This document shows, piece by piece, positions 25,501 to 37,590 of a stretch of DNA of 64,000 nt (the stretch's first letter is position 1; the number at the start of each line of letters is the position of its first letter). Source of the DNA: Thalia democratica (lineage: Eukaryota); assembly GCA_965202585.1 (NCBI GenBank), contig OZ241826.1, forward strand, positions 38,316,001 through 38,380,000. Reading direction: 5' to 3'. Both the position numbers and the translations under genes were made by a program. The notes under the pieces are model-generated. The model ran no database searches and was not told the DNA's origin. It worked only from the letters and a program-made list of their open reading frames with translations.

Positions 25501-26899
25501 CGTTTAGACTTTATTTAGTCATTATCAAAAAAGTAAACTGTGCAAAATTAATAAAACCGATTAATTAAAGTCACATATAAAATTATGCATTTAGAATGAT
25601 ATATTACACTAAATTTACAAGTTTCTTATCCTTATAGCACTTATATTCATAGAATAAATTAAATTTCAACTCACGAAGTGTATTGTCCTTGTTGTTGAAT
25701 AGTTACCTACTTTGTTCGTAAAGATAACTTTAAAATCTTCAACGTAATTGTTTACTCGTTGTTCTAGTTTCTTTTGGTAATCAATATTTGGTTTTCTTAT
25801 GTAAGGTACATCTTGGATGTTTGTGAAGTTTGAATTGTTTGATTTTTAATTAGTACACTCTTTATTATTAAAAGTTCTCTCCAAACAACAAATTTCTTTG
25901 AATAATCATTTGCTATTAACTTATTTTTTTCTTTTATGATTATTGTTGATATAATTGAGAGATTTGTTAATAAAAATTAAGAATGTACTAATGAAAAATC
26001 AACGCTAAAAGGTTTTAGTATAAAGCCTTGTGTATAGATTCTTAGGGAAACTTTTTTATAAACACATATAAGACTTACAAAGACTACTTTAAATACAAGC
26101 GTTTTAGAAGGTTTTTTTACGATTGTTTTTTATTTAAAGGTTAGAGTTTATATGATTATATGATATTGAAATAATTAAACTAAAAGAACTGTACATGCAA
26201 AGTTTCAAATGTTCAGTTTGTCGAAGTACTTGATATTACTTTTGTTCGTACATATAAATGCCAGTGAGCAAAAGACGTGACTAAAATAAATAAAATTGTG
26301 GTATTGGGAAATTTTATAGAATAAAAGTAGTTTTTGTAATAAAACAAAAAAAAAGAAATGTGTAAGCATATGTTATTTTAATTGAAAAAAAACATGGTTA
26401 TTATATAACATGTAACATATAACAACAAAGATTCGTAACTAAATTTAAATGTAATTATATTTTTTCTTTAAAAAACAGTCCCAGCTGCTTTTGAAAATAA
26501 AATATATTTAGTTTTGAAGATGAACTCTAAAAGCGTTAAGATAATTGTATAGCAAACATAACTGATTGCTTTACGTAATTTATTAATGCATAAAAAGTAA
26601 CTAAAGAATAAAAAAAATAATAATAAAAAAATAACTTTAAACTTTTGCCTAATTATGTTTAATTCTAACACTATATAGTATTAGTTCATCAGTCAGTTAA
26701 TTTAAATATTCATATAAACATTATTAAGTAAATGAAAAAAATATTTTATACAAAATATTTTTATTTTCAAACTGATTTAATTTACTATTTGCCAAGTTTT
26801 AGTTCTTTTATAAATAACTCTATTCAATCATACGGCTAACTGTTATTCTTTTGACTTATTTTTGTAATCTTTAGAAAATGATTTTTTTTACTTTTTTTG

Positions 26900-28960
26900 T
26901 ACAAAATGAGTTTTTTCCTTTAATAATATTTTAAGATGAGATGGATATTTTTTACTTTTGTTATTTTTAGAATAAAGTGATATAAAACGTTAGATTGAGG
27001 TTTGAACTGAGATGATAAATTGTTCATAAAAATGTTGGGGATTTTATGATTAGTTAAATAATGAAGGCCAATTATATTTTGACAGGTAATTATTGATGTT
27101 TTTAAAATTTGCTTTTTTAAAATCATATGTTTCTTTTACAGCATTGATAATTTTTTGACTTTGAATTTTAATTTTAAATGAAATCAAGTTATGATCACAC
27201 ATATTTTTAAATGGAAAAGTTACTGAATGAGATAAGATTCTATCTAGACTATAATTATTGCAAATTAACAGATCAAGTATGTTTCCATAATAATGAGTTA
27301 GACCTTTGATCAGCTGAGTTAAAAAATTATACGTGCAAAAGTCAAGTAAACACACATGGAAACCATTGAAGTCTGTGCCAGGAATTGTCCAGTCTATGTT
27401 TGGCAAACTAAATTCTCCAAGAACATAAAAAGAAAGGAACATTTGGAAAAAAAAAACATTCTAATTATTTAAACAACATTTTTAACAGTTAGTGCAAATT
27501 TTGCAGAAAGTGGGAAACATAGACACTTAAAAATCCAATTTTTAATGATATTAAAATTATATCTACACATATGTATTCAAAATTCTTGTTGTTAATAGAG
27601 ATTAATATTTTTTAATTTCAAATACTTTAAGATTTTTTGTAAAGGACAGCAACACCTCCACCCTTAATTTTTTTATCATTACGCATTGTATTATATTTAA
27701 AAGGACAGACTATGGCATCATTGACTTTAGGAGTCAACCATGTTTTGGTAAGAAAAAATAAATAAATAACATTCAGGCACAAATAGTTCCCTAAAAACTC
27801 AACTTTGTTCCGAACAGATTTTATATTAGATTATTCAATTCTTAAATGTTTACTGTTACAATTGATAGACATATCAAAAGAAAACTTATTATGATTAATA
27901 CTATACTTATCAAATAATTAATATCTTTAGAGTTGTTTGAAGCTGCTGACTCTCAGTTTGACTAGCATTTTTTGCAACTAATCTCAGAGCTCCTGGGAAT
28001 TGAAACGAAAAAACTATCTAGTTAGTTAAACTATTTTATTGTTCCTTATAATGTATTTCAAATCTAAGTTGTTCAGGTCTGCTATAGCTTATTTCATTTT
28101 AACTTCCTTTCTCGAAATTCTGAGTGTCTCAAGCTCCAATATGGTTCTATCAGGGTTATTATAGACATTTGTTTATAAATAACTTTCAGATTTCTTAGTT
28201 TTAACAGTCGGTGTTTAGTGGCTTCATCATTTAGCTTGATTAGGATCGGTCTATTTGTGTATATTTTGATTTTACCCACACGTGATTAAAATTCCTCTTT
28301 TATTATTTTATTTTCTCCTAGAACTTCTTGCATAGTTTTCAAGTTATTTTTAGAGATTTTATGGGAACTATTGATTGAATTTCTCCACTTAGGGACATTA
28401 AAAACAATTACATTCAGAGCTTACTTTTCTTTTATTTTTTATTCGTTTACCGCTTCATTTATTCCAGCAAATACATCTAATTTTGTTTTGATTTCGGTGA
28501 AAAAGTATTTAGGTTAGATTGTTTCCATTGCATCACATATGTAGAAAATTTTAATTTAAAACTTTTAAATTTAGAAGAAAACTCTGTTTTTAATTCTTAG
28601 AAACTTCTTTGTAACTTTGTGATTTTTTAACTCTACAACTAAACATCAATTTATTTTTCATCTTTCTGAATTTCAACAATACTCTTCTCAATGCTCTTAC
28701 TTTTCTTTTTATACTTACCTTTTAATCTACAAATATCAGCCTAAAGTGAATTCAATTCATTGTCTTTTTTTCATCCAAAAGTTATCAATTTTTCTTTCAA
28801 CAGTTTTCTTTTTTTGGAACTTTCTATCAAGGCTTTGATCTCAGCTTCCAAAGACATTTACTTCATTTTTTACAAGCACCTTCTACAATATAATTGCTTT
28901 ATATTTAGATTAATAATTCATGCCTTTACTTTCTTTTATTTAGTAACATTAATGTAAAAA
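26900..28960 (-). mobile_element. Degraded non-LTR retrotransposon (CR1/L2/Jockey-like LINE): ORF1 remnant plus APE endonuclease of ORF2; RT not seen
   Basis: APE motifs across broken frames: TKTWL (~27740), KGGGVAV (~27650), GEFSLPNIDW, NILDLLI, CDHNLISF, YDFKKANF (ORF 27050-27442). ORF1-type NVIVFNVP (~28400) and RPILIKL (28094-28279). Many stops and frameshifts. Confidence 0.75.
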
Positions 28961-30835
28961 CAAATATCAAAACTAGTTAAAATTGTTTTTATCGGGGGAT
29001 AAATTTGGTAACTACTTACTGTAAACGGGTAAAATGAAAAATAAAAAGTGCCACTGCTACAATTTATAAAATAAATAATCTTAATAATAGGTAGAATACA
29101 GTTAAAAAATCTAAATTTTTTGAATTTATCATCAAATGATATTTATTACTTTAGTGTTTTGGTTTATTTAAAGTAACTATTAAGTATCTTAATGGATGTA
29201 AGATTTTAGCATTTCAACAGCTTTCCTTTAAAAGTATGGTTAAACTACAAACTTTGTTACTTATTACTGCTTCAGTTAATTTATTTACTAGTCTTAGTTT
29301 AAGAGAGTTATTTTTAAGCTAGATAATTTGAATTAATACGTCAAAATCAGCTTAACACTAACAACAATGAAACTTCTTTATTGAAAACACTTATACAAAA
29401 ACAAAATAATAAGTATCAGTCGATGATAATTTTTAGTTAAGTTATATTACCAAAACTTTCTTACGTTCAAAAAACTTTTGTTGTTGAATATTGTTTTTAG
29501 TTAGTGTTTTGAATATTTTATTAATGATAAATTGCTTAGCATTTTCATTTTCTCGTTTTGTATAAAAAAGTCAGTTTATTTAAAGCTAGCAGTATTAAGT
29601 ATGTGCTAAGTACTAAATATACCTCATTAGAAACTGTTTATAGTAGAAAATTTCGAAAGACAAGTTATAATCTAACATTATTCAATTTTTTAAAACAAAA
29701 TGCTGTTGTATACTTTTTGAGGTTTGTACAGTCGAACAAATAAATACTAAAAAAAACTTAATATATTTATTTAGGCATAGAATTTAAGTATAAAAACATT
29801 TCTATTTGCCTGTTTGTAGTTTTGATGTTTATAATTCAAAAGTATTTATATTACTTCCTAATGTAATTTGGAAACTTCACCAGAAACCTTGAATTTATAA
29901 ACAATTCATTAACTTTGCGGTAAGTAAGTATTTGTTGGCTAAAAGTTTTAATAGTTGTACAATATTAAAAGATTATTATTTACAGTTGTAGTTTAGTTTT
30001 AATAATGACTTCCCTGCCTAGCTGCAAGCTTTTTTGAATTAATGAAAGAAACATGATTGCCTAGTGATTTTTGTTTCATTTATTTTACAGTCTACTGACA
30101 TAGTTATTGCATAAGATAAAAAAAAATTTTTTTAGTAGTTTTGAAGAAAAACTATTTAGAGTATCTTTTTGATTCCAGCAAACATTATTGGTAGATACTT
30201 TAATTAAATTTATACAGCTTATAGTGTATTATTTATTAATAATGAAATGGTTATTGAAAAAAATATATATAAAACGTAGCTCTAGTACAATCTTTCAAAA
30301 ATTTATTTTTGATCATTTTTAGATATAAAATATTAAACTTACACATTTAAGTGTTTTACTTTTGCGGAATTTTTAAACAAAAAAAAAAACTTATAAATTG
30401 AAGATTAAAGTTATTGATTAAATATGAACGAATAACTAAAAATAAAAATAACTAAACAAATGAAAATTGAGTAACTAAATTAAAAAACGAAAACAAATTC
30501 TCTAAAAATGATAATGATTTGTACTTTTTATCTTAGAAATTTTTAAATAACTTGACAGCATCGTTTTACTGCTTTAACAATTCAATACTTTTTGTATATG
30601 TGTAAATATCAGGATTTAAAATTTATATAACATACTTTCGGTGTTTCTATGAGACTAAGGCCACAAAATTACAAACCAAACTAATTAGTAACAACAAAGT
30701 GATTATATTATAAAAAAGCAAAACTCATTTGAAAAGTTCCAATAATTTTTACTTATTTTTTGACTACCACAAGAAGTATAACTAAACTTGATACATTGTA
30801 ATTAAATCTCAATAACCACAATAACAAAACCTCAG

Positions 30836-31432
30836 GTACTACAATTTGATTGGAACTAACTTGACCCTTGAGAACACCAGGAATGGATGTTAACACAATT
30901 ACTACTGTAGGCAAGATTTACATTTATGAAGCTCAAATGACGTTTGTTTTTGAAAGGCACTGAAAGAAAAGCTCAAATTCAACGAAAAACAGCTGCAAAC
31001 TACGAAAGGACGCTGTTTTGAAAGTCTAGAGGTGGTCAGTCACTCAATTGATTAAGTAGTGCGTTTGTGCGAGCCTGAGAATGTTTTTAAAAAGAAAGTT
31101 GGTCGACAAACGACAAAAGTGTGTCGAAAAAAAAAGAAGCAAGAACTCTTTGAAAGTAGAAAAATAAGATAATTAAATAGTATGTACAAGTAAAGTATGA
31201 GAATGAAAACAAGATAATTAAAAGGCTTATAAAGAAAGTTGAACAACATATGGAGTTATCTCTGGAACAAATAGCAATGAATAAAGGTGACCTGCAGTTT
31301 AACCTAACACCTAAAAGGATCCAGCATTTCCATCAGTTTGAAGCAGATTACGCATTTTCATTGTCAGCGGTGTGTTGTATGTAGTTTAATGATCACAAAA
31401 CATGTCCTTAGTGCAAACACCATTTTGCATGA
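30836..31432 (+). pseudogene. RING-finger E3 ligase pseudogene (copy 3)
   Basis: Fragments NTITTV, KALKEKL, FESLEVV, LTPKRIQHFHQFEAD, CQRCV, DHKTCP*CKHHFA* match 34460-35101; stops, frameshifts and a deletion of the first half of the RING. The 5' boundary is approximate. Confidence 0.75.
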
Positions 31433-32896
31433 AACATTCGCTCTTTATTTTTTAGCGTTGAGTTGAACCAATTTTTATAATTTATTCTTTGTTAATTGTG
31501 TAAGTTGATCTGAGCTATCAGTAAGTTTTTTTAAGTTGGAAGATAAATTTACCCTGCCTCATAAATTTTAAGTCCACAAGTTTATAAATTTTAAATTAAA
31601 TACGCTTTTTTATTAATTAACAATAAAGTTATTCACCGAATTGTATTTCTTATATAGAGCTAATTAGCGTTTTATGTTTTGTATGGGAAACATGTCCACT
31701 TTGTATTTATATGCACAATGTTTTTACGCCGATTTTCCGTAATAAAAACAATTATAGCTTTAAATTTCTAGAATACAGTAGCTACTGATGATTAGTTTAA
31801 TAAAAAACATTTGAAAAATAAATATACTTTAAGTTTTCGAATAAAGATTGTAGAAGTAATGCAATTTTTTCGGTTAAAATTCTTTTTATTGAATTTTAAA
31901 GTTAACATCTCGTTTTTTAGGACAGTTTTTATATGGAAGAAACATTATTTTCTTAATAATAATTTGTCCATTGCTAAAAAAAATGATATTAGTGAAATAT
32001 AAGTATTTAAAAGAACCTTTACTGCTTAAACCTTTACTGTTTACGTCATTTGACATGAATCTCTTTGAAGTTTTAAACTAAGATGGATCGCAGTCTGTTT
32101 ATAACTTGGCTAAATCTAATCGTTTAATACGTACCATTATTGCTGAAAACTTAATGATGTCTGAATTAATTACTGTTTTAACATTTGATGCGGATAATAT
32201 CTTTTTTTAATCTACAAATATTTCTTTTAAAACCTGTTATTTACAATTGATATAAGTTGAACATACTAACCATGTGTAACAGCCTATAAGCTTAATTAAT
32301 AAAAAACAAGAATGAATAAAACTAAAGAAAAAAAATTTAAAGCAGTAAAATACATAATATAAAGCTAACGACATTTTATGACTAAAGATGGTAGAAAAAA
32401 CTTCTTGCTTCATAACTTAATTTAAACCTTAATCTCTGCTTCGGCTTCCTATGTATTAGCAGTTGTTCACCTGACTTATTAGCGCTGTCTAGCGGTCATT
32501 GTTACACTGCAAAAAAATTAAAACAATATTTTTGGTAGTATACTGTTTAACATTCAACTTTTAATACTGGTAAAATAACAAAACTAAGCCCAAATCTAAA
32601 CTATAAAAACTATAAAATTTACATAACGTTATGCACAAGGTGTAGTAGTAATTCGAGGGACAAACTAAAAACATTTTCAATTTTAGATAAATGTTCTATA
32701 AAACTTATAGTAAAAAACTGACACCAAAATTTGATACTTAAGATTTTTTATAGAGAACTGCAAAGTACAGAAATTTCTATAAAAACAAGATATTTAGATT
32801 TCTCATAATTTATTTTTCTATCATTGTTACCTCTAACTCTTATCTTTAATATCTATTTGTTTTTAAGTTAAAATTTTTTTATTCTTGTTCAATAAC

Positions 32897-33808
32897 TGTA
32901 TAACCGGCAAGGGGCGCCAGGTTAATTTTCGGTAAAGGGGTTAAGGATTGAGGGTTAGCCCCGGTCTCAGCAGCAGGCTTATGGCCTTCGACCTGGTAAC
33001 AATTTTAGACATGTTCATAAAGTCCTTGAAGTAATAAAGAATGACCTTTGGGTTTTACACCATAAATTGAACGCAACTTAATTTCTAGAAGTTGTCTCCT
33101 TGTAATTGTTAACCCTATTTTTTTTTTATATATTCTGTCGCGAGAAGGTAATCTTCCTAGACAATTTAAGGTACTCAGTAAAATCTCTAATCGGTATTAG
33201 AAGGTTAAACTATTAAATAGGTTTCCGAACTTGGTCAAGTTAACTATACTTAATGGGGAATATAACCGATGGTAATACGATTGCCACGTTTGTTAACGAA
33301 TACGCAAAGAGGATGGGAAATAAAATGTAAGAACTTTATTTACGTGCTACAAAAACTAAGTAATTTTATGAATACTACATAATTCAAAACTTGTGGATGG
33401 GCTTATAAAAATTTTATAAGGCCTTCGTGGCTAAGTCAATTTAAGTTAAAATACCCTAAGAGTAAGTACTTAGTAACTTTAAAACTACCAATAGCGTTAG
33501 TTTTCGATCTAGTTAAAAAACTAACTTAACTTATAAAAGTACAATAGCTTTTAAACAACGAAGTATTTAACTTAAGTGATATAATTACGTTAGGGCAAAA
33601 TTTAAACAAGTACAATAATATATAATATTATTTTATCCTAAACTTTCCGCAAGATTAACAAAAAATTTTGAAGATGAAATTGAATCTAGCTAAGTCCTGA
33701 ACGAAGTCCTAAACTCAGCAGTCCGGGTCGAACATTTAGTAGAGACGCATATCTACGGAATAAAGAGGTTTGCTATCCTCTTATTTACCACGTGTTTACT
33801 TTTATACA
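32897..33808 (+). mobile_element. Probable solo LTR (~912 bp)
   Basis: Starts TGTATAA and ends TTATACA (perfect 7-bp inverted ends, TG..CA); more GC-rich than the flanks; AATAAA at 33759-33764 about 45 nt before the end. No matching target-site duplication. Confidence 0.4.
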
Positions 33809-34459
33809 TTTATTTCACATTAGCTATATATATCCGTTTTCTAAAGTTTAGCAAATATTATATTTCCATTTGTTTAATAAAGTTTTTTTTTGTTTTAATT
33901 AAAAACGTTTATGATTAAGTATAAACTGTAATAACCACGTTATATAACTGTTAAGAGCAAAAAATAGTTATTAGTGATACAGATTTTATTTGAAAGTTTA
34001 TTGCTATTAAGTCATCTATAAGCTATAATAATTGTTAGTTGAGATAGTACACTTCTTATATACTTCATTTGTCTTTAGTAGCTTCATTTTCCATTAGCTT
34101 AAAATTTAAAGTCTTTATTTTTTAAGCTTATACTATACTTAATCTTTTAAGTATAAAATATGGACGTAAAAACATTGCACTTTTAAATAAACAAAATAAA
34201 CGCATTTGCCACAAAAATATCTTAAGCTTCGTAGCTATGTATATGTATAAAAGAAATAAAACTCAGAAAACAACTTTATTATTAAAACATTTAAAGACGA
34301 GCATTTATGCAAAATTTATAAAAATGTGGACTATACCTTTTAGGAGAAGTGCAATTCTACTTATATATATATGAATATTTTATAAACGCTTCGATCAACC
34401 GACATGTTAAGCAAAAGAAAACTTAAGAATTTTAGCTTTAATAATAAAGAACTCATATT

Positions 34460-35101
34460 TCATGCGAATTGGTTTCTACAGGTAGGGCAGGTTTTATGAT
34501 CGACAAACCACTTTTCAACACACCGCTGACAATAAACATGATTGCAATCAAGACGAACCATTCTTGTTCCTAGTTCAATATCCTCTAGGCACACATCACA
34601 ACGATCTCCGACAAATGAGGCATCTGCTTCAAAAATATGGAATTGCTGAATCCTTTCGTCAGTCAAGCCAATCTGTAGTTCACGTTTTCTTATTGCTATT
34701 TTTTCCTGAGCTATCTCCATGTACTGTTGAGATTCCTTTAGAAGTCTCTTGATCTTTTTGTCTTTATCTGCGCAATTTATTTCTTCTTGAAGGAGTTCTT
34801 GTGTCCTTTTTTCCAACTCATTCCTGTCGCTTGTCAGCCCACTTGAGCCTGCTGATTGGTTCTCACACAACTCAACGTTTTGATCAACCACACGTCTCAC
34901 TACTTCGAGACTTTCTAACGAGTAGCTCCTAACAATTTCAAGCTTTTCATTGTTGAGCTCGAACTTTTCTTTCAGTGCTTTAAATTTCATTTCGTACAGA
35001 ACGTTCGTTTGTTCTTCAAAGTCAATCATCTGGTCAACAGTTGTAATGCTGTTAAGTTCTTCCATCCAAAAATTATAGAACTGCGGGTTAATAGAGCCCA
35101 C
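34460..35101 (-). CDS. Single-coding-exon coiled-coil + C-terminal RING-finger protein (putative E3 ubiquitin ligase), copy 1; start uncertain
   Basis: 213-codon open frame ending CDVCLEDIELGTRMVRLDCNHVYCQRCVEKWFVDHKTCPTCRNQFA*, with an E/K/L-rich helical N-terminal part. The track start is GTG; the first in-frame ATG is at 35065. Confidence 0.85.
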   Translation of the reverse strand: MGSINPQFYNFWMEELNSITTVDQMIDFEEQTNVLYEMKFKALKEKFELNNEKLEIVRSYSLESLEVVRRVVDQNVELCENQSAGSSGLTSDRNELEKRTQELLQEEINCADKDKKIKRLLKESQQYMEIAQEKIAIRKRELQIGLTDERIQQFHIFEADASFVGDRCDVCLEDIELGTRMVRLDCNHVYCQRCVEKWFVDHKTCPTCRNQFA

Positions 35102-36997
35102 ATTTTTTTCAAGTATCTGAAGTATTTATGATTGTTAGTTTGGTGAAAAAAACTAATTAAACAGTGACTGGTACAATAATGCTTTAAAAGTTATTAAAAA
35201 TATACAATTTACACTACAAGCAAACTATTGTCATTTGTACAAACTAATTTTATTTATTGTAAGTTTTAGTTTTTGTTATACAATTTCTGTTTACTTTGAT
35301 TGTAATTTATCTGGCATTAGTCTTTATGTTTGTATTAAGTTTTTTTTTTTTGATAATGATTAAATTTAAGTCACTGTAGAAATCAGTTTTTTTTTTGTAT
35401 TATTAATTAAAAATAAACTCAAATATAGTACTATTAATACTAGTTAGTATTTTTTGCAAAAAGTTATTTTTTCACTTTAAAATATGATCGTTGTAAACAG
35501 TATAATATTTTAATAAACTTTATTCAAAGAACAAACAAAATTTGTTACAATTTAAAAGTGTTCTTAATATTTTCTTCAAAGCTATTAATATTTTGACTCA
35601 TAACTTTAGCAGCAAACCGTTAAGTACACAAGCATTAAAACAAAAATCACTAACCAAACCAGCTTCTTTCGAAAATTCAAAAAAGCTTTCACCAAGGTTG
35701 AGAGGTCCGGTAGTCATATTTTATATGTAATCAATTGCTGTAAAAAACTATAATATTTATTATTTAGCATTTAATAGTATCATATAAAATAGCTTATTTT
35801 ATACTTAAGCAGCAAACCAAACAGGCTAAAAATACTTGTTAATAACTGATATATTTAAAACACAAGCTACAAAAAAAATGTGTCTTCAACAGCAAAACTT
35901 AATTGTATGTAGAATATTTTTACTAGCATCACTTAACTTAAAGTTTGCACTAGTAAATACTTATTACATTCTTTTTGTATAAGTTTTTTCAGGAAACTTT
36001 TTTGATCCAAAAATTCGACAGACTAACTTTTTTAATTAAAAGTTATTAAGCATCTATGCAATTTTCTTTTACAATTACCAATCAAGAAAATAATTAAAGA
36101 TATGTTAATGTTATAAATAGAATCATTTTTACTGTAAACAATATTTGTTTAGTATGCAAGGCGATTTATGTTGCTCATGACCCCCTATGACTTCTCATCT
36201 GTTGCCACTTTTGTTAATTCTTAAAACCTTTTACCAAAAAAGAAAAGAAAATCACAACTTAATTTTTAAAATATTATCGATAGGTGTAAAACTAATAAGT
36301 TCAAAAAAATTAACTATTCAGAAAATAGTTGCAAAAATATTTGCTTTTATTAAATAAAATGATAAACTTTAGGACTTGAAAAAAAAATATATATATATAA
36401 TAGAAAAGTTCAACAGACTTTTTGAATAATAAAAATTTCTTAATCTTGATATTATCATAGATTTTTTTCAGGAGTACAACTATTTAATGTTATCAAAAAG
36501 AATTTATAAAAAATATGAAGAGTACTTGTCTTTTTAAGTGTCATTTCTGGCTTTGGTAGCATTAAGTTTATAGTTATTAAAATAATCATATTTAAAGACA
36601 AGTTGAAAAAAACTTCGTTATTTGAAAAGTTCTTAGGTAACACCATTTTCAAGACGCTTATTTGAATTTTTTTGAAAAAACCTACTTGAGATTCATTTGT
36701 AACAAATTCAAGACAAAATCTCACTTAAAAAATAACTTTTTAACTGTTAGAATGGCAAATTAATAGAACTAGTTTTAAGTTGTAATTATTGTATTATAAA
36801 CGAGTCAAGTTAAGTGAGAGACTACATTGCGAGATAACTGTAGTAAGAGTTTTCATTCAAAACTCTGACAGTTGTAAGAAAAGCTTTTAGTATTTGATAA
36901 CATATAACTGTTCTAAGTCGTAAAAAATTTGTTCTTTAAATGATGAAATCAGTTTCAGTAAAAGGATTTATTACTAAAACGTCACACGATAAATTTT

Positions 36998-37590
36998 TCA
37001 TGCAAATTGGTTTCTACAGGAAGAACATGTCTTATGATTGACAAACCACTTTTCAACACACCGTTGACAAAAAACATGACTGCAATCAAGACGAACCATT
37101 GTTGTTCCGAGTTCAATATCCTCTAGACACACATCACAACGATCTCCGACAAATGAGGCATCTGCTTCAAAAATATGAAATTGCAGGATCTTTTCTTGTG
37201 TCAGACCGAAGTTTAAAGCAATTTTTCTCAATTATATCTGTTCTGGAGTTATTATCTCTCTGTACTGTAGTAATTCTGCTAGAAGCTTCTTGGTCCTCTT
37301 ATGAGTTTTGTTAATTTTCTTAAAATCTTCTCGTGCCTTCCCATCATAATCATGCATTTTCTCGTTCATATTTTCCAGCTCAATGTCAGAAATGTCTATA
37401 AGTCTCTCTTGCAAACTCTCCAATACTTCCGTCAGCCTGTCCTATATGTACGCATACAGGTTGTAAAGAAGTCTTTCGGTTCTTTGTTCGAAGACCGTCA
37501 TCTCGTACGCGGTTTCCGATCTTTGCAGGTCGTCGAGCCGAATCCGATGAAAGTCCGGATCGAACTAGTTCGACTCGAGTTAAAGCAGCT
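36998..37590 (-). pseudogene. RING-finger E3 ligase copy 2, interrupted by in-frame stops
   Basis: One frame from ~37564 to 36998: FDPDFHRIRLDDL..LYAYI*DRLTEVLESLQERL..PEQI*LRKIALNFGLTQEKILQFHIFEADASFVGDRCDVC..CSSCRNQFA*. TAG at ~37442-37444 and TAA at 37232-37234. Confidence 0.75.

Noticed and set aside
25670-25850. ~55-codon protein-like open stretch on the minus strand (NFTNIQDVPYIRKPNIDYQKKLEQRVNNYVEDFK..)
   Set aside because: No convincing acceptor, start codon or partner exons, and no recognisable family; cannot be supported without a database search.
32045-32215. Protein-like frame on the plus strand (MNLFEVLN*DGSQSVYNL..)
   Set aside because: Contains stops and no recognisable motif; possibly a TE remnant but unsupported.
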